Position numbers and translations under genes: made by a program. From the NCBI RefSeq assembly GCF_001194135.2, contig NC_068990.1, positions 32,161,959-32,197,261 of the forward strand: a DNA stretch of 35,303 bases, read 5' to 3'. This document shows, piece after piece, positions 33,465-35,303 of the stretch. The notes beneath the pieces were generated by a model. That model worked only from the letters and a program-made list of their open reading frames with translations, made no database searches and was not told the DNA's origin. Within the stretch, counting starts at the first letter, position 1; each line of letters begins with the position of its first letter. This DNA is from Octopus bimaculoides (taxonomy: Eukaryota).

Positions 33465-33775
33465 GTAAGTTATGTTTTATTTCCCCTGGTTTCATGTGCT
33501 GCACTAGCAAATAGATCCATCTGGGTTCTAAAGAATGTACATACACTGCCACATTGATCTTTGTGTTTTCAAAATCTCTTAGATATCTGCTACTGCACAT
33601 GTCCATTGTAATTGCAGTCATATGTTCATTCTTCCATCCACTGACCCACTCATTTATTCAGTCATTTATTCCCTCATTCACTCTTTTCAAGTCATTCATT
33701 TATCCAATCACTCATTCATTATCCACTCATGCAATCTTTCATTTAGTCACACATCTGCTTGCCTCTCCACTCATC

Positions 33776-33838
33776 CATCTGCTTAATCACTCACTCATCT
33801 GCTTAATCACTCACTCATCTGCTTAATCACTCACTCAT
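33776..33838. repeat. 3 x 20-bp tandem repeat CATCTGCTTAATCACTCACT in degenerate (TCAY)n sequence
   Basis: Exact 20-bp period visible. Confidence 0.9.
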
Positions 33839-35242
33839 TACTTCCTTCATTTATTCACTCACTCATTCCTTTGTTTAGATTTTCTTTAAAAAAAAAATGA
33901 TGTAAGAAAAAAAAAAAACAACCCACATAAAACCAGACTTTAAAATGTCTTGTCTTATGCCACATGTTTGTGTGTGGAACTTCTGACTAGTTCTCATGTT
34001 ACTCAGATACGGCTACTGGTGGCTAAAGAAATGTGGCTGCTTGTTTAAAGATACTCTCCAACTGTCCCACCTCTAATACCACTACAACTATCACTGCCAT
34101 TTCGTAATCTGCTAACAGTGTGATACATATTATCCATGGGCTCAATGCAGTGATTGAAGCAGGAGTTAAAATTAATGGCTTTAATGTCAGTTGTCTAGCA
34201 CTTAAGTCATTTATCTACAATATTCTGTATATATTCACTAAGTTATAGTGGCACAAGTGAAAACTTCATCATTATGCAGGATAAGCCAGCTTGCTGACAT
34301 CCATTTGTCTTCAAGTTGTACTCAAAAGATGATTTGAACTGGGCACTGCAAACTAATGAACCACCAACCTCATAGTGCTGCAACTATTTATAGTAGTGAT
34401 TTGTTTACAAGCATTGTGAACTGGGCTATTTGATATTTGTCCTGTCTATGAATATTATGGATACAACACAATGTTGGTTATTAGATATGAACTTCTAACC
34501 TGTCAACTGGTTGTCCTGTATGCCATCTCTGTGTTCATTCATGTTTTGTAGTTGAAAAGTTGGAATATTCTGAACTAGTGTAAGTTGTGTTTATTTCCAT
34601 AAATAAATACAGCAGTTGCTGCTGGTGATGGTGATTCAGCTGATGTTAAGATGTGTAGTTATGATCTTGTTTCTCAAATCCAAACAAAAGAGGGGTTGTT
34701 GTCTATGAGAGTAGAATACGTTTCTAAAGTAATGTTAGCACAATTTTCAGAAAATCTCTCACAATAGTTGTGTCAAGAATACTTGTGCTGTGACTCTTGC
34801 TATGCAGTAACATAAAAAGTAGTCACAAATTTGATAGTTCATCTTTTGTAGACAACAAATGTCAGTAGCACAAGAAAATAATTAAGACCCAATATCTTTC
34901 AACCATTACCAAACCAGATTAGCTGGAATTTCCTGAAATCTTTTGGCAACAAAAGTATCATTTTGAAAAGTAGCCAGATTGGAAATTTCATTTCATTTAC
35001 TTACTTATTATTCTCTCTACTTCTTCAGTTCATTGGAAAAGTTGTTATATTCATATAATTTATGTTATGTAGGAGCAATTCATTGTAGTTACTGATAGAA
35101 TTGCAGCTGCACATCGGGAAATAACCAACTTAGTGATAACAAAACTAGACCAAATAGTTAAATTTTTACATTCATTACAACTGATGATTGCAGCATTGGT
35201 CTGTATAAGAGGATCAAGTGTGTGTATGTGTACGGGTGTACA

Positions 35243-35246
<4 letters not shown>

Positions 35247-35303
<57 letters not shown>
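35247..35303. repeat. (TC)n microsatellite
   Basis: Visible repeat running to the window end. Confidence 0.95.

Noticed and set aside
33961-34300. Possible next RIC1 exon (DTLQLSHL near 34050; ag|TGGCACAAG at 34249)
   Set aside because: In-frame stops and no usable donor; the next exon is probably beyond the window.

Overview
AT-rich animal genomic DNA with assembly gaps; the repeat families point to a coleoid cephalopod, most likely Octopus (inference). The window holds the 5' part of one plus-strand gene, RIC1 (RAB6A-GEF complex subunit, WD40-like N-terminus). Six coding exons splice in frame: 16508-16615, 17837-17925, 20000-20107, 23134-23279, 31548-31660 and 33379-33464 (650 nt, all GT-AG). 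The ATG exon is not visible and may lie in the 394-N gap; a CpG-retaining promoter-like patch occupies 1-360. The rest is intron filled with mobile DNA: tRNA-headed SINEs (several with 11-14 bp target duplications), hAT and piggyBac-type MITEs, RTE and CR1 LINE fragments, a Gypsy integrase/PPT/LTR end and a decayed tRNA-Phe. There is no prokaryotic system or CRISPR, and no clearly new protein-coding system. The best leads are RNA-structural: a decayed Penelope-type minimal hammerhead ribozyme (15669-15704), three concentric inverted SINE pairs enclosing one RIC1 exon, head/core/tail shuffling among SINE families, a four-fold hairpin array in an RTE 3' UTR, and a triple palindrome next to an exon. 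All homology calls are by eye from remembered family motifs; no searches were run.
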